DNA from: an uncultured Verrucomicrobiae bacterium
Lineage (GTDB): Bacteria > Verrucomicrobiota > Verrucomicrobiia > Chthoniobacterales > Chthoniobacteraceae
NCBI GenBank assembly: GCA_963769025.1
Contig: CAVYKI010000002.1
Coordinates: 64,001-128,000 of the forward strand
Length of the DNA stretch: 64,000 nucleotides
Direction of reading: 5' to 3'
Both the position numbers and the translations under genes were made by a program. Below are positions 22,005-30,830 of the stretch, piece after piece. Each line of letters opens with the position of its first letter. Positions within the stretch are counted from its first letter, which is position 1. The notes under the pieces are model-generated. The model did no database searches. It saw only the letters and a program-made list of their open reading frames with translations, and was not told the origin of the DNA.

Positions 22005-23963
22005 TCATTCCTGACCTGATCCAACCAACGCTCCGACCTGCGCAGCCACGGCTTCGTCGAAGTTTTTCAGGGCCTCGCGGAGCTTCGCGGGATCGCTGCC
22101 AAGCCGCTTGAACAGGTCCTGCGCATAGGCGAAAGCCGACTGAAAACAACCGTCGCCATCGGCATCCAGCCAGATGGGATTCGTCGAGCCGATGACGCGC
22201 GGCACAAACGCTTTGCTGCTCGGCTGGTAGGGTCGCGGGATTTCCCAGAACGGCTCGGTGACGCCGGGGCCGGTCGCGATGACGACGAGATGGACATCGT
22301 GCGCGGGCTTCGGGATCTGCCAGGCGATGCGCGCTTTTTCACCGGCACGGTGGTCGTCCTGGATCTTCTGTTCGCGGATCATGATGCCATTGGCATAAAG
22401 CGCGACGTGATCCGCCTTCACCCACGAAGGACCGAGCACGGTGGCTTCCACTTTGATCGTATCGCCGAGGTCCGTGGCCAGATCGCCGACGGTGAAGCGA
22501 TCGTTCACGCGCAACTGCGCCAGCAGTCCGAGGCTGACGAGCAGGCGCCCCTCGCGATAGCTGCGCCACACTTCGTCGAGATCGAGATTCGCGGGATCGG
22601 CATCCTTCGCCGCCACGTAGGTGCGGCCCTGTCCGAGGATGAAACGGTTCACGTCATGGCTGTCGCTGGACGCGATGGCGGCGATGCGGTGGCCACGATT
22701 CAGCAGGGCAAACCAGTCGCGGTACAGCAGGTGAATGTCGGACTGCATCGCCGCGGAGGTGACGACCTCCATCGCATCGATGTCCAGCGCGGCGGCCTGG
22801 CGATGCTCGCCGGTCTTCGGTTTGAATTGCGTGCCGCCGAGCGGAATGAACCCGCTGTGCATGTCCCGCGGATGATTCAGCGTGATCACTTTCACGCCCG
22901 GCGTCGCGCGGATCGCCGGCAGCAGCTTCGTCCAGTCGTCGTCCATCTGGTTCACGACCTTCGCGCCGGGCTGGATGGGAAACGCATTGAAGTGGCCGTG
23001 CTTCGTCGTGACTTCGTTGCCGATGACCGGCGTGAATCGATCCGCCACGCCCGCGCTGGATGCGAACGGCGCGTAATCGGTGTGATGATTGTGATCGGTG
23101 GCGACGGCCAGCTCGATACCCTCGCCCGCAATCGTCAGCATGCGTTCCTCGATCTTCGCGTCGCCATGGCCGCTGTGGGTAAGCGTGTGGATGTGGCTGT
23201 CCGCCGCGATCCAGCCGTCCGTCGGTACTTCGCGGCGAAGCTTGAGCGCCACCGGCTTCGTTTCGCCGGCGGCGACATGGAGCGCCGTGCGCTCGACGCT
23301 CCACTCAAAACCGCGACCTGCGTGCAGGATGTAGTCTCCAGCGGGCAGTGACAACTGCGCCCTGCCATCGCGGGTGTAAACGACGCCGACACGCACTGCG
23401 ACATCGTGCACAGGTTCGGCGCGGAGCGGTTGCAAGGTGCCGTCCGTTCGGGTCAGCGTCAGACGGCATGGCATCGCCCTTCCAGTCGCGGCGTCCGACA
23501 CCGTCACTTCGATTTTCGCGCCGCTCAGCACTGCGCTCACCGGCTTCGCGGCAATGGCGATCGGCCCGATTTCGATGTCATCCAAGACGAGCGGCGGCTC
23601 GATGCTCAGCACATTTTCACCGTCGAGCAAAAGGCCCGGCGCGATCGGCAGGAGAATCTCCATCGCTGCTTCGGCTGTCACGAGCGTTCCGAGTTTCCGC
23701 CCGTTGAGCATCACCGGCCACGACAGTTTCACATCCCGCTGCCAGATGCTCAGCGTGTGCTCCACCGCATTCCGCTTCGCCTGAAACCGCAGCTCGATCC
23801 GCTCCGCATCCACGGCGCGATCCTTGAACGATTCCCATTCCCACTGTCCGGGTTTTCCAAGATGCAGACGGTTCGATTCCAGCACGGTCGCGGTGCCGGG
23901 GTCATCCGCGTGCAACGGCATTGCTGCGAGGACAAGCAGGCAGGGGAGGATCAGAAAATTCAT
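22005..23963 (-). CDS. Secreted PHP-domain metallohydrolase (CehA/McbA-like)
   Basis: Signal peptide from ATG 23963; DSHIHTLTHSGHGD, ATDHN, GNEVTTKHGHFN, LNHP, SSDSH. Confidence 0.82.
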   Translation of the reverse strand: MNFLILPCLLVLAAMPLHADDPGTATVLESNRLHLGKPGQWEWESFKDRAVDAERIELRFQAKRNAVEHTLSIWQRDVKLSWPVMLNGRKLGTLVTAEAAMEILLPIAPGLLLDGENVLSIEPPLVLDDIEIGPIAIAAKPVSAVLSGAKIEVTVSDAATGRAMPCRLTLTRTDGTLQPLRAEPVHDVAVRVGVVYTRDGRAQLSLPAGDYILHAGRGFEWSVERTALHVAAGETKPVALKLRREVPTDGWIAADSHIHTLTHSGHGDAKIEERMLTIAGEGIELAVATDHNHHTDYAPFASSAGVADRFTPVIGNEVTTKHGHFNAFPIQPGAKVVNQMDDDWTKLLPAIRATPGVKVITLNHPRDMHSGFIPLGGTQFKPKTGEHRQAAALDIDAMEVVTSAAMQSDIHLLYRDWFALLNRGHRIAAIASSDSHDVNRFILGQGRTYVAAKDADPANLDLDEVWRSYREGRLLVSLGLLAQLRVNDRFTVGDLATDLGDTIKVEATVLGPSWVKADHVALYANGIMIREQKIQDDHRAGEKARIAWQIPKPAHDVHLVVIATGPGVTEPFWEIPRPYQPSSKAFVPRVIGSTNPIWLDADGDGCFQSAFAYAQDLFKRLGSDPAKLREALKNFDEAVAAQVGALVGSGQE

Positions 23964-24114
23964 CTCGCGTCCATGTTCCGCCACCGCGGCGGGAGCGTCG
24001 AGGTCTCAGTCGGGGCTTCGGGATTCCGGCAGTAGAGCGACTGTGGCCGCAACTCGCTCGTTCCCGTCCGGAATCCAGCTTGATGCGCTTCATTCCCGGT
24101 GCGACCACGGTCCG

Positions 24115-25179
24115 ATGCACGAGTCTTCCCCAGACCGCCCCTGCCCGCCGTCCCCGAATCCCATCGAGCCGCCTCCGCGGAGCGCTGTGAACCGCCGCGA
24201 AGCGCTGCGCACCGCTTTCGTCGCAGCCGCCGGTGCAGCCGCGATCGGGACATCGCACGCCCAGCCAGTTTCCACGGGCAAGCCTGATGCGCGGCGCGGC
24301 GCGCTGAGACGCTACGACATGAAAAAGTCGATCAACCTCTGGGCGTTCCCGTATCCGGAGCGCATGACGCTCGAGGAATGCCTCCGGCTCGCGAAGGACG
24401 CGGGCTTTGACGGCATCGAGCTCAACTACGACCTCGACAACGATCTCTCGCCGAAATCCGGAACCGCCGAGTATCACGCGATTCGGCGGATGGCGGACAA
24501 GATCGGGATCGAGATCAGCGGCCTTTGTTCGTTCCTGTTCTGGCCGTATCCGCTCACGAGCAACGACGCCGCGAAGCGCGCGCGCGGCATCGAACTCGCC
24601 GGCAAGATCGCGCAGGCCGCCCACGATCTCGGTGTCGAGAATGTGCTCGTCGTCCCCGGAGCCGTGCACATCCCGTGGCGCACCGATCACGAGCCGGTCC
24701 CGAACGACGTGTGCGACCGGCGCGCCCGCGAAGCCGTTGCGCAGCTCGTGAAACAGGCCGCGAAACTGAAGGTGTGCCTGAACATCGAGAACATCTTCTT
24801 CAACGGCTATCTCATGACGCCGATGGAGATGAACGCGTTCGTGGATCACTTTGGCAGCGAGCACGTCCGCGTGCATTTCGACACGGGCAATATCTCGATG
24901 TTCCAGTTTCCGGATCACTGGGTGCCGATCCTCGGCAAGCGGACGAAGAACGTGCATCTCAAGGAATTCACGAAGAAGGGCACCGACTTCTCGCTGGAGA
25001 CTTTTCGTCCGCTGCTCGATGGCACCACCAACTGGCCGGCCGTCACCGAGGCGCTCGATCAGACCGGCTACCGCGGCTTTCTCACCTTCGAATATTTCCA
25101 TCCATACCCGCACTACCCCGAGGCGCTGATCTACCAGACCAGCGATTCGCTCGACCGCATCCTCGGGCGCAAGTCGTGA
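24115..25179 (+). CDS. Sugar phosphate isomerase/epimerase (AP endonuclease 2 TIM barrel), Tat-exported
   Basis: NRREAL twin-arginine motif; AKDAGFDGIEL, LNIEN, HFDTGN, VHLKE, LTFE. Confidence 0.85.
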   Translation: MHESSPDRPCPPSPNPIEPPPRSAVNRREALRTAFVAAAGAAAIGTSHAQPVSTGKPDARRGALRRYDMKKSINLWAFPYPERMTLEECLRLAKDAGFDGIELNYDLDNDLSPKSGTAEYHAIRRMADKIGIEISGLCSFLFWPYPLTSNDAAKRARGIELAGKIAQAAHDLGVENVLVVPGAVHIPWRTDHEPVPNDVCDRRAREAVAQLVKQAAKLKVCLNIENIFFNGYLMTPMEMNAFVDHFGSEHVRVHFDTGNISMFQFPDHWVPILGKRTKNVHLKEFTKKGTDFSLETFRPLLDGTTNWPAVTEALDQTGYRGFLTFEYFHPYPHYPEALIYQTSDSLDRILGRKS

Positions 25180-25258
25180 GGCAGGAGCAGACGAGGCAGC
25201 ACGGGTCCGGTGAGCGGAACCTTGAAGTCAGCACGCGACGGCTTAGGTTTTCACAGAC

Positions 25259-25495
25259 ATGGCACCTCAAATCGTCATCGAATACTGCGCTGTTTGAAAT
25301 TATGAGCCGAAAGCCGTCAGTTTGGCGGAGCGACTCGGGCAGTTCAAAGAGCGGCTGGGCGGAATTAAACTGCTTCCGTCGAGCGGCGGCGTGTTCGAGA
25401 TCAGTGTCGGCGGAGAGAAAATCTACTCGAAACGCGAGACGGGAGAGTTCCCCGACTTCGACGCCATCGTCGCTGCGGTCAAAGCGAAGCTCTAG
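25259..25495 (+). CDS. SelW/SelT/SelH (Rdx family) selenoprotein, 78 aa, CxxU; Sec UGA at 25295..25297
   Basis: Absent from ORF track. Manual translation: MAPQIVIEYCAV-U-NYEPKAVSLAERLGQFKERLGGIKLLPSSGGVFEISVGGEKIYSKRETGEFPDFDAIVAAVKAKL. This has the Rdx motifs IEYCxxU.Y and GG.FEI...I.SK...FP. Directly upstream of selC. Confidence 0.93.
25314..25328 (+). promoter_or_regulatory. Candidate bacterial SECIS
   Basis: CCGUCA-GUU-UGGCGG hairpin starting 16 nt after the UGA. Confidence 0.65.
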
Positions 25496-25536
25496 CGCCG
25501 CGGAGTCGGCGGCAGGGGAGTCGGTCCATTTTCCAC

Positions 25537-25633
25537 GGAGAGTGAAGGGTGCCTGGTGGCCCTCGCGGTCTTCAAAACCGTTGTCGGTCCGTTCTGCGGG
25601 CCGAGGTGGGTTCGATTCCTACCCTCTCCGCCA
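25537..25633 (+). tRNA. selC: tRNA-Sec (anticodon UCA)
   Basis: 97 nt. Anticodon loop CU-UCA-AA (UCA at 25572..25574), UGGU D loop, 8-bp variable arm, GUUCGAUUC T loop, G discriminator and encoded CCA. Directly upstream of selA. Confidence 0.95.
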
Positions 25634-25645
25634 CTCGCCACGCGC

Positions 25646-27001
25646 ATGAGCGGAAACACAAAGCTCCGCGCCATCCCGTCGATCGAGAAGCTCGTGCAGG
25701 CGCTCGGCCCGCTCGATGTACCGCGGCCTCTGGCAGTCGCTGCCGCGCGGAGGGAAGTCGCGGCACTGCGCAAGGAAAAGGAGGTGCCGGATTTTGCAGA
25801 CGTGGTGCAGCGGCTGGCGGCGGCTGTGGAAAGTCTGCGCCGGTCGCGGATCCAGCCGGTGATCAATGGCACGGGCATCCTCCTTCACACGAATTTCGGC
25901 CGCGCGCCGCTCGGCCCGGCGGTGGTCGCGGCAATCTCGGCGGTCGCGGCTGACTACAACAATCTCGAATACGACACCGCCACGGGCGCGCGCGGCGATC
26001 GCGCGGCGTACCTGGAGCAATGCCTCGCGGCGCTCTGCGGCGCGGAGGCGGCGACAGTGGTAAACAACTGCGCGGCGGCGCTGGTGCTGGCGCTGCGGCA
26101 TTTCACGAAGAAGAAGCCCGAGGTGATCATCTCGCGCGGTGAATTGATCCAGATCGGCGGCGGCTTCCGCATCCCGGAAATCCTCGAGGCGAGCGGTGCG
26201 CGCTTGCGCGAGATTGGCACGACGAACAAAACGACGCTGGCGGACTACCAAAAGGCGATCGGCCCGGAGACCGGGATGATTTTGAAAGTCCACCGGAGCA
26301 ATTTTTTCATGGGCGGATTCGTAGAGGCGCCCGATTCCGACGGGATTGCCGCGCTGGCGAAGAAGCGGCGTGTTCCTTTCGTCGAGGATCTCGGCAGCGG
26401 CGCGATTGCCGCGACGGAGAAGCTGGCACCAATCGCGCACGAGGCGACCCCCTTGGAAGTGCTCAGGCACGGCGCGGATCTGGTGATGTTCAGCGGCGAC
26501 AAGCTGCTCGGCGGGCCGCAGGCGGGCATCCTTGCCGGTCGCGCGCGACATATCGCGGCGCTGAAACGCGAGCCATTCTATCGCGCGCTGCGCTGCGACA
26601 AGCTCATCCTCACGGCGCTGCAAACGACCGCGGAACTGTATCTCACCGGCGCTCACGACGCGATGCCGATGCTCGCGATGCTGCGCGTTTCCAATGACGA
26701 CCTTCGCGCGCGTGGCGAAAGACTCGTCGCGGCACTCGCAGGCCTGCCGCTCTCGGCGCGCGTCGGCGAAGGCATGGCGCAGGTCGGTGGCGGCACCCTG
26801 CCGCAGGCGGAGATTCCGTCCGTCACGCTCGATCTCGCACCTGCGAAGATGCCGCTCGATGAATTTGCCGCGCGCCTCCGCGCAGGCGCGCCGCCGGTCA
26901 TAGGCTACATCTCGGGACGGCGGCTGAAGCTCGACCTGCGCACGATTTTCCCGCGGCACGATCCGACGCTCGTCGAGGCCATCCGCAAGGCATCCGCGTG
27001 A
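25646..27001 (+). CDS. selA: L-seryl-tRNA(Sec) selenium transferase
   Basis: VINGTGILLHTNFGRAPL, VVNNCAAA, SRGELIQIGGGFRIP, ILKVHRSNF, FSGDKLLGGPQAG (PLP lysine). ATG at 25646 lies just after the tRNA. Confidence 0.96.
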   Translation: MSGNTKLRAIPSIEKLVQALGPLDVPRPLAVAAARREVAALRKEKEVPDFADVVQRLAAAVESLRRSRIQPVINGTGILLHTNFGRAPLGPAVVAAISAVAADYNNLEYDTATGARGDRAAYLEQCLAALCGAEAATVVNNCAAALVLALRHFTKKKPEVIISRGELIQIGGGFRIPEILEASGARLREIGTTNKTTLADYQKAIGPETGMILKVHRSNFFMGGFVEAPDSDGIAALAKKRRVPFVEDLGSGAIAATEKLAPIAHEATPLEVLRHGADLVMFSGDKLLGGPQAGILAGRARHIAALKREPFYRALRCDKLILTALQTTAELYLTGAHDAMPMLAMLRVSNDDLRARGERLVAALAGLPLSARVGEGMAQVGGGTLPQAEIPSVTLDLAPAKMPLDEFAARLRAGAPPVIGYISGRRLKLDLRTIFPRHDPTLVEAIRKASA

Positions 27002-28923
27002 TGGAGGTGCGGCACTTCATCGTCGCCACCGCGGGTCACGTCGATCACGGCAAGAGCGCGCTGGTCACGGCGCTCACCGGGGTGGATCCGGACCGGTTGC
27101 CGGAGGAAAAGGCGCGCGGCATCACGATCGAACTCGGCTTCGGACATCTTCGGCTTGGCGACTTCGAGATCGGGATTATTGACGTGCCGGGGCACGAGGA
27201 TTTCGTGAAGAACATGGTCGCGGGCATGGGCGCGGTGGATGCCGCTCTTTTTGTCGTGGCGGCTGACGATGGGTGGATGCCGCAGACGGAGGAACATCTG
27301 CACATCCTCGGCTACCAGGGCGTGCGGCACGCGGTCGTCGCGCTGACGAAGATCGATCTTTGCGCGGATGAGAAGACGGCCATCGCCGCCATCCGGGAAA
27401 GGCTGCGCGGCACGCCCTTCTCCACCGCGCCGATCGTGCCGACCTCCATCGTCACGGGGCGGGGGATTGACGAGTTAAAGGGCGCACTCGCGAACGTGCT
27501 TTCACACACGCCTCCGTCGCGCGACATCGGCAAGCCGCGCCTTTCCGTGGACCGGGCGTTCACGTTGCGCGGGATCGGCACCGTGGTGACGGGCACGCTG
27601 AGCGGCGGCGAACTGAAACGCGGACAGGCCGTCGTCATCCAGCCTGTGGGCCTGAAGGCGCGCATCCGCGGAATCCAGAGCCACAGCCGCGAAGTCGAGA
27701 CCGCCGGGCCGGGGACGCGCACTGCGCTCAACCTTTCCGACATCGCGCTCGCCGCGCATGGCCAGCAGGGCGTCGAGCGGGGCAATGTGATTACGCTCGA
27801 AGCGCTCGGTGCGCCGGTCGCGCGGATGGATGCGGTCCTCTCGCGTTCTGCTCGCTGCGAGACCGGCAAGGGCAAGCCTGCGCTGAAAAATGGCGCTCGC
27901 GTCCGCGTCCATCACGGGAGCGGCAATGTGGCGGCACGCGTCGCGTTGTTCCGCGTGCCGGCCGTGGCGCCGGGCGGGAATGTGCTTGCGCGGCTGAAGC
28001 TCGAGCAGCCGTGGTTTGTGTGCGAGGGCGATCGTTTCATCCTGCGCGACTGGTCGGAGACCGTGACGCTCGCGGGGGGGATCGTTCTGGAGACTGCTGC
28101 GCCGGTCCGCTTCCACGCGCCGCCGCACCAGCGATTGCTGGCGCAGCGCGCGGCGGCGCCGGCGGATGTGGAGGTGTTTGTCGCCACGCAGGTCGAGCGG
28201 GATGGAATGGTGCGTGCCGCTTCGCTCCTTGCGGACTCGATCTTCAGCGCGCGTGAAATCGCCGCCGCCGCGGCACGCCTCGTGGAAGGCGGGCGGGCGA
28301 TCCAAGCCGGGGAATTCATCGCGTACGGGGATTGGTGGAAGGCCGTGGTCAAGCGCGCCGCGGACGCGATCGACGCCTGCCATGCTGAGCATCCTGAGCA
28401 CGCGGGGCTGCCGGTGAACGAACTCCGCACATTGCTCAAACGCGAACTTCCGGAGTCCGGCACGTTCGATGCCTTCGTGCGCGATCTCTGCCGCGCCGGC
28501 TTTTCGCAGAGCGGCCCCACGATTGCCCGCGCGTCGCACCGCGCGTCGCTCCCGCCGCATCTCGAGTCGGCAGGCGCGCGCATCCGTGCCGCGCTCGCCG
28601 TCAAGCCATTCGACCCGCCGCCGCGCCGCGAACTGGCCACGGATTCGCTGTCGCAGCAGGCGTTCCGTTTTCTGCTGGAGAAAGGCGAGGTCATCGAGTT
28701 GCCCGGCGAGGTCATTCTCACGAGCGCGGGTTTTGCGCGGATCAAGGAAGTGATCGCACAGTTCATCCGGAAGAACGGCCCCGCGACGGTGAGCCAGTTG
28801 CGCCAGGAACTCGGGACCACGCGCCGCGTGATGATGCCCGTGCTCGAGCGTCTCGACCGTGAGGGTTTCACCGTGCGAGCAGGCGACCTGCGATCGCTGA
28901 AGGCTGCGAAACCGACGGCATAG
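26998..28923 (+). CDS. selB: Selenocysteine-specific elongation factor
   Basis: TAGHVDHGKS, DRLPEEKARGITIELGF, DVPGHEDF, VDRAFTLRGIGTVVTGT; C-terminal winged helix LGTTRR...LERLD.EG.T.R.GDLR. Start GTG 26998 or ATG 27001, overlapping the selA stop. Confidence 0.96.
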   Translation: MMEVRHFIVATAGHVDHGKSALVTALTGVDPDRLPEEKARGITIELGFGHLRLGDFEIGIIDVPGHEDFVKNMVAGMGAVDAALFVVAADDGWMPQTEEHLHILGYQGVRHAVVALTKIDLCADEKTAIAAIRERLRGTPFSTAPIVPTSIVTGRGIDELKGALANVLSHTPPSRDIGKPRLSVDRAFTLRGIGTVVTGTLSGGELKRGQAVVIQPVGLKARIRGIQSHSREVETAGPGTRTALNLSDIALAAHGQQGVERGNVITLEALGAPVARMDAVLSRSARCETGKGKPALKNGARVRVHHGSGNVAARVALFRVPAVAPGGNVLARLKLEQPWFVCEGDRFILRDWSETVTLAGGIVLETAAPVRFHAPPHQRLLAQRAAAPADVEVFVATQVERDGMVRAASLLADSIFSAREIAAAAARLVEGGRAIQAGEFIAYGDWWKAVVKRAADAIDACHAEHPEHAGLPVNELRTLLKRELPESGTFDAFVRDLCRAGFSQSGPTIARASHRASLPPHLESAGARIRAALAVKPFDPPPRRELATDSLSQQAFRFLLEKGEVIELPGEVILTSAGFARIKEVIAQFIRKNGPATVSQLRQELGTTRRVMMPVLERLDREGFTVRAGDLRSLKAAKPTA

Positions 28924-28975
28924 TCGCGCCGTTCGCCGCCTTGACGGCAGCCGGCTTCTGGCGTTGCCTTGACTC

Positions 28976-29632
28976 ATGAAAGCGTTCCTCCCTCTCGCTC
29001 TCGCCGCGGTTTTTGTCGCCGCTGCTTTTCCCGCTTCTGCGCAGCAACGGCCGAGGAAGGGCGACCTTCGCATGCCGGACACCGTGCGCGTGGGCGACGC
29101 GGCACCGGACTTCAAACTGAAAACACTCGATGGTTCGCGTGAAGTGCAGCTCTCCAGCTTCCGCGGCAAGCGGCCGGTGGTCCTTGTCTTCGGGAGTTAC
29201 ACCTGACCCCCTTTCCGGAGTCAGGTTGGCTCCATCGAGCAGCTCTACGCGGACTACAAGGACAAGGCCGAGTTCTTCATGGTCTATATCAAGGAGGCTC
29301 ATCCCACCGACGGCAGAGTGTCGCCAGGCAATGCGCGCGGCGGGATCTCCATTCCCGATCCGAAGACGTATGCCGAGCGGGCCGATGTCGCGCACAAGGC
29401 ATGCACGGAACTGAAAATCACCCTCCCGTGTCTCGTGGACGGGATGAACGATGCCGCGAACAAGGCCTACGCCGCGTGGCCGGATCGGATCTACGTCGTG
29501 GATGCCACCGGGAAGATCGCGGTGAGAGGCGGGCCGGGGCCGTCCGGTTTTGCGCCTTCGATCACCGAGACGCGGGTGTGGCTCGGCAAGATGTTTGGGC
29601 CGAAAGGCGCGGCGTCTCCCGGTTCCCGCTGA
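28976..29632 (+). CDS. Secreted iodothyronine deiodinase-like (thioredoxin/peroxiredoxin fold) selenoprotein, 218 aa; Sec UGA at 29204..29206
   Basis: ORFs 28976..29206 and 29279..29632 are in one frame: VGDAAPDFKL...RPVVLVFGSYT-U-PPFRSQ...VYIKEAHPTDG...VDGMNDAANKAYAAWPDRIYVV...GGPGPSGF, matching deiodinase motifs. Confidence 0.93.
29217..29233 (+). promoter_or_regulatory. Candidate bacterial SECIS
   Basis: GGAGUCA-GGU-UGGCUCC, 7-bp stem starting 10 nt after the UGA. The apical CAGGU resembles the E. coli fdhF SECIS tip. Confidence 0.8.
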
Positions 29633-29649
29633 CGCACTTTCCGCGGCGG

Positions 29650-30714
29650 TCAGTCTTTGCCGGAATAGCGGACCGAGATCACCGAGGGGCCGCTGCGGAC
29701 GATCTTGCCGATAACCGCAGCGCAGGGAGTGAGATGTTTTTTCAAGAGCGCCAGCACGGCGGAGAAATTCTTCTGCGCGACGCAGAGAAGGAGGCCGCCG
29801 CTGGTCTGCGCATCGGTAAGCAGCGAACGGAAACGCTCCGGCGTGCGATCCCAATCGGTGATCGCGTTGGCCGTTTCTTCATTCTGCCTGCTGCCGCCGG
29901 GCACGCATCCTTCGGCGATGAGCGAAAAGATTTCCGCGCTGATCGCCGGGACGGATTCGGCGGTGATCTCCGCACTCACGCCGCTCGCGCGACACATCGA
30001 GGCGAGATGCCCGAGCAGGCCGAAGCCCGTCACATCCACCGCCGCGCGGACGAGTTCCTTTTCCGCAAGCACCGCGCCGCTGGAATTGAGCTGCGACATC
30101 AGCGTGATCACCTTTTTGCCCAGCGCTGCGGAAGCGATCTGCCGTTTGATTCCCGTCGTGGCGATGCCGGTGCCGAGCGGCTTTGTGAGCACGAGCAGAT
30201 CGCCTATGCGGGCGCGGGCATTTGTCAGCATCCGCCTGGGCGAAACGAGCCCGGTGACTGCGAGGCCATAGATCGGCTCGGGATTCCGGATCGTGTGGCC
30301 GCCGACGATCGTGCAGCCCGCCTCGCGTGCCTTCATTGCGCCTCCGCGCAGGATGGCGGCGATGGCATTCGGCGGGACGAGATCCGGCGGGATGCCCATG
30401 ATGTTCAGCGCGGTCAGCGGACGCCCGCCCATCGCATACACATCGGAGAGCGCATTGGCCGCCGCGATTTGCCCGTACTGCCGCGGGTCGTCCACGACGG
30501 GCGTAAAGAAGTCCACCGTCTGCACCAGCGCGATGTCGCGGGTGAGACGCCAGACGCCTGCATCATCGGCCGTGGAGGAGCCGACGAGCAGCCTGGGATC
30601 GTCGATGCGTGGAAGCTGGCGCAAGACTTGCGCCAGGGCCTGTTGGCTCAGCTTGGAAGCTCAACCGGCACAGGACGACAACTCGGTCAGACGGAGAATT
30701 GGTTTGCGGGACAA
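29650..30714 (-). CDS. selD: Selenide, water dikinase (selenophosphate synthetase), Sec-containing; UGA at 30661..30663
   Basis: TTG at 30714: MSRKPILRLTELSSCAG-U-ASKLSQQALAQVLRQLP, in frame with ORF 29650..30624 (DDAGV, QTVDFFTPVVDDP, AANALSDVYAMGG, DVTGFGLLGH, DAQTSGGLL). Confidence 0.95.
30632..30647 (-). promoter_or_regulatory. Candidate SECIS of selD (weaker)
   Basis: GCCAA-CAG-GCC-CUG-GC bulged hairpin starting 13 nt after the UGA. Confidence 0.45.
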
Positions 30715-30716
30715 AT

Positions 30717-30731
30717 GGATCACCTCCTTTC
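30717..30731 (-). promoter_or_regulatory. Extended Shine-Dalgarno of selD
   Basis: Minus strand GAAAGGAGGTGATCC just before the TTG start; complementary to the canonical 16S rRNA 3' tail GGAUCACCUCCUUUC. Confidence 0.8.
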
Positions 30732-30830
30732 GATTTCCAAAAGACCGCTGGTCCGCCGAAAGCCAAGGAGAAACCTCGGCCCGGAGAATTCCCGTTTGAC
30801 GGCCCCGTGGGACGAATCGACCGTGGAGCC

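Noticed and set aside
25556..25645. N-terminal extension of SelA in the ORF track
   Set aside because: It overlaps the tRNA-Sec gene; ATG 25646 is the sensible start.
30717..30731. GGATCACCTCCTTTC as a 16S rRNA 3' end fragment
   Set aside because: No flanking rRNA sequence; it is better explained as the selD Shine-Dalgarno on the minus strand.
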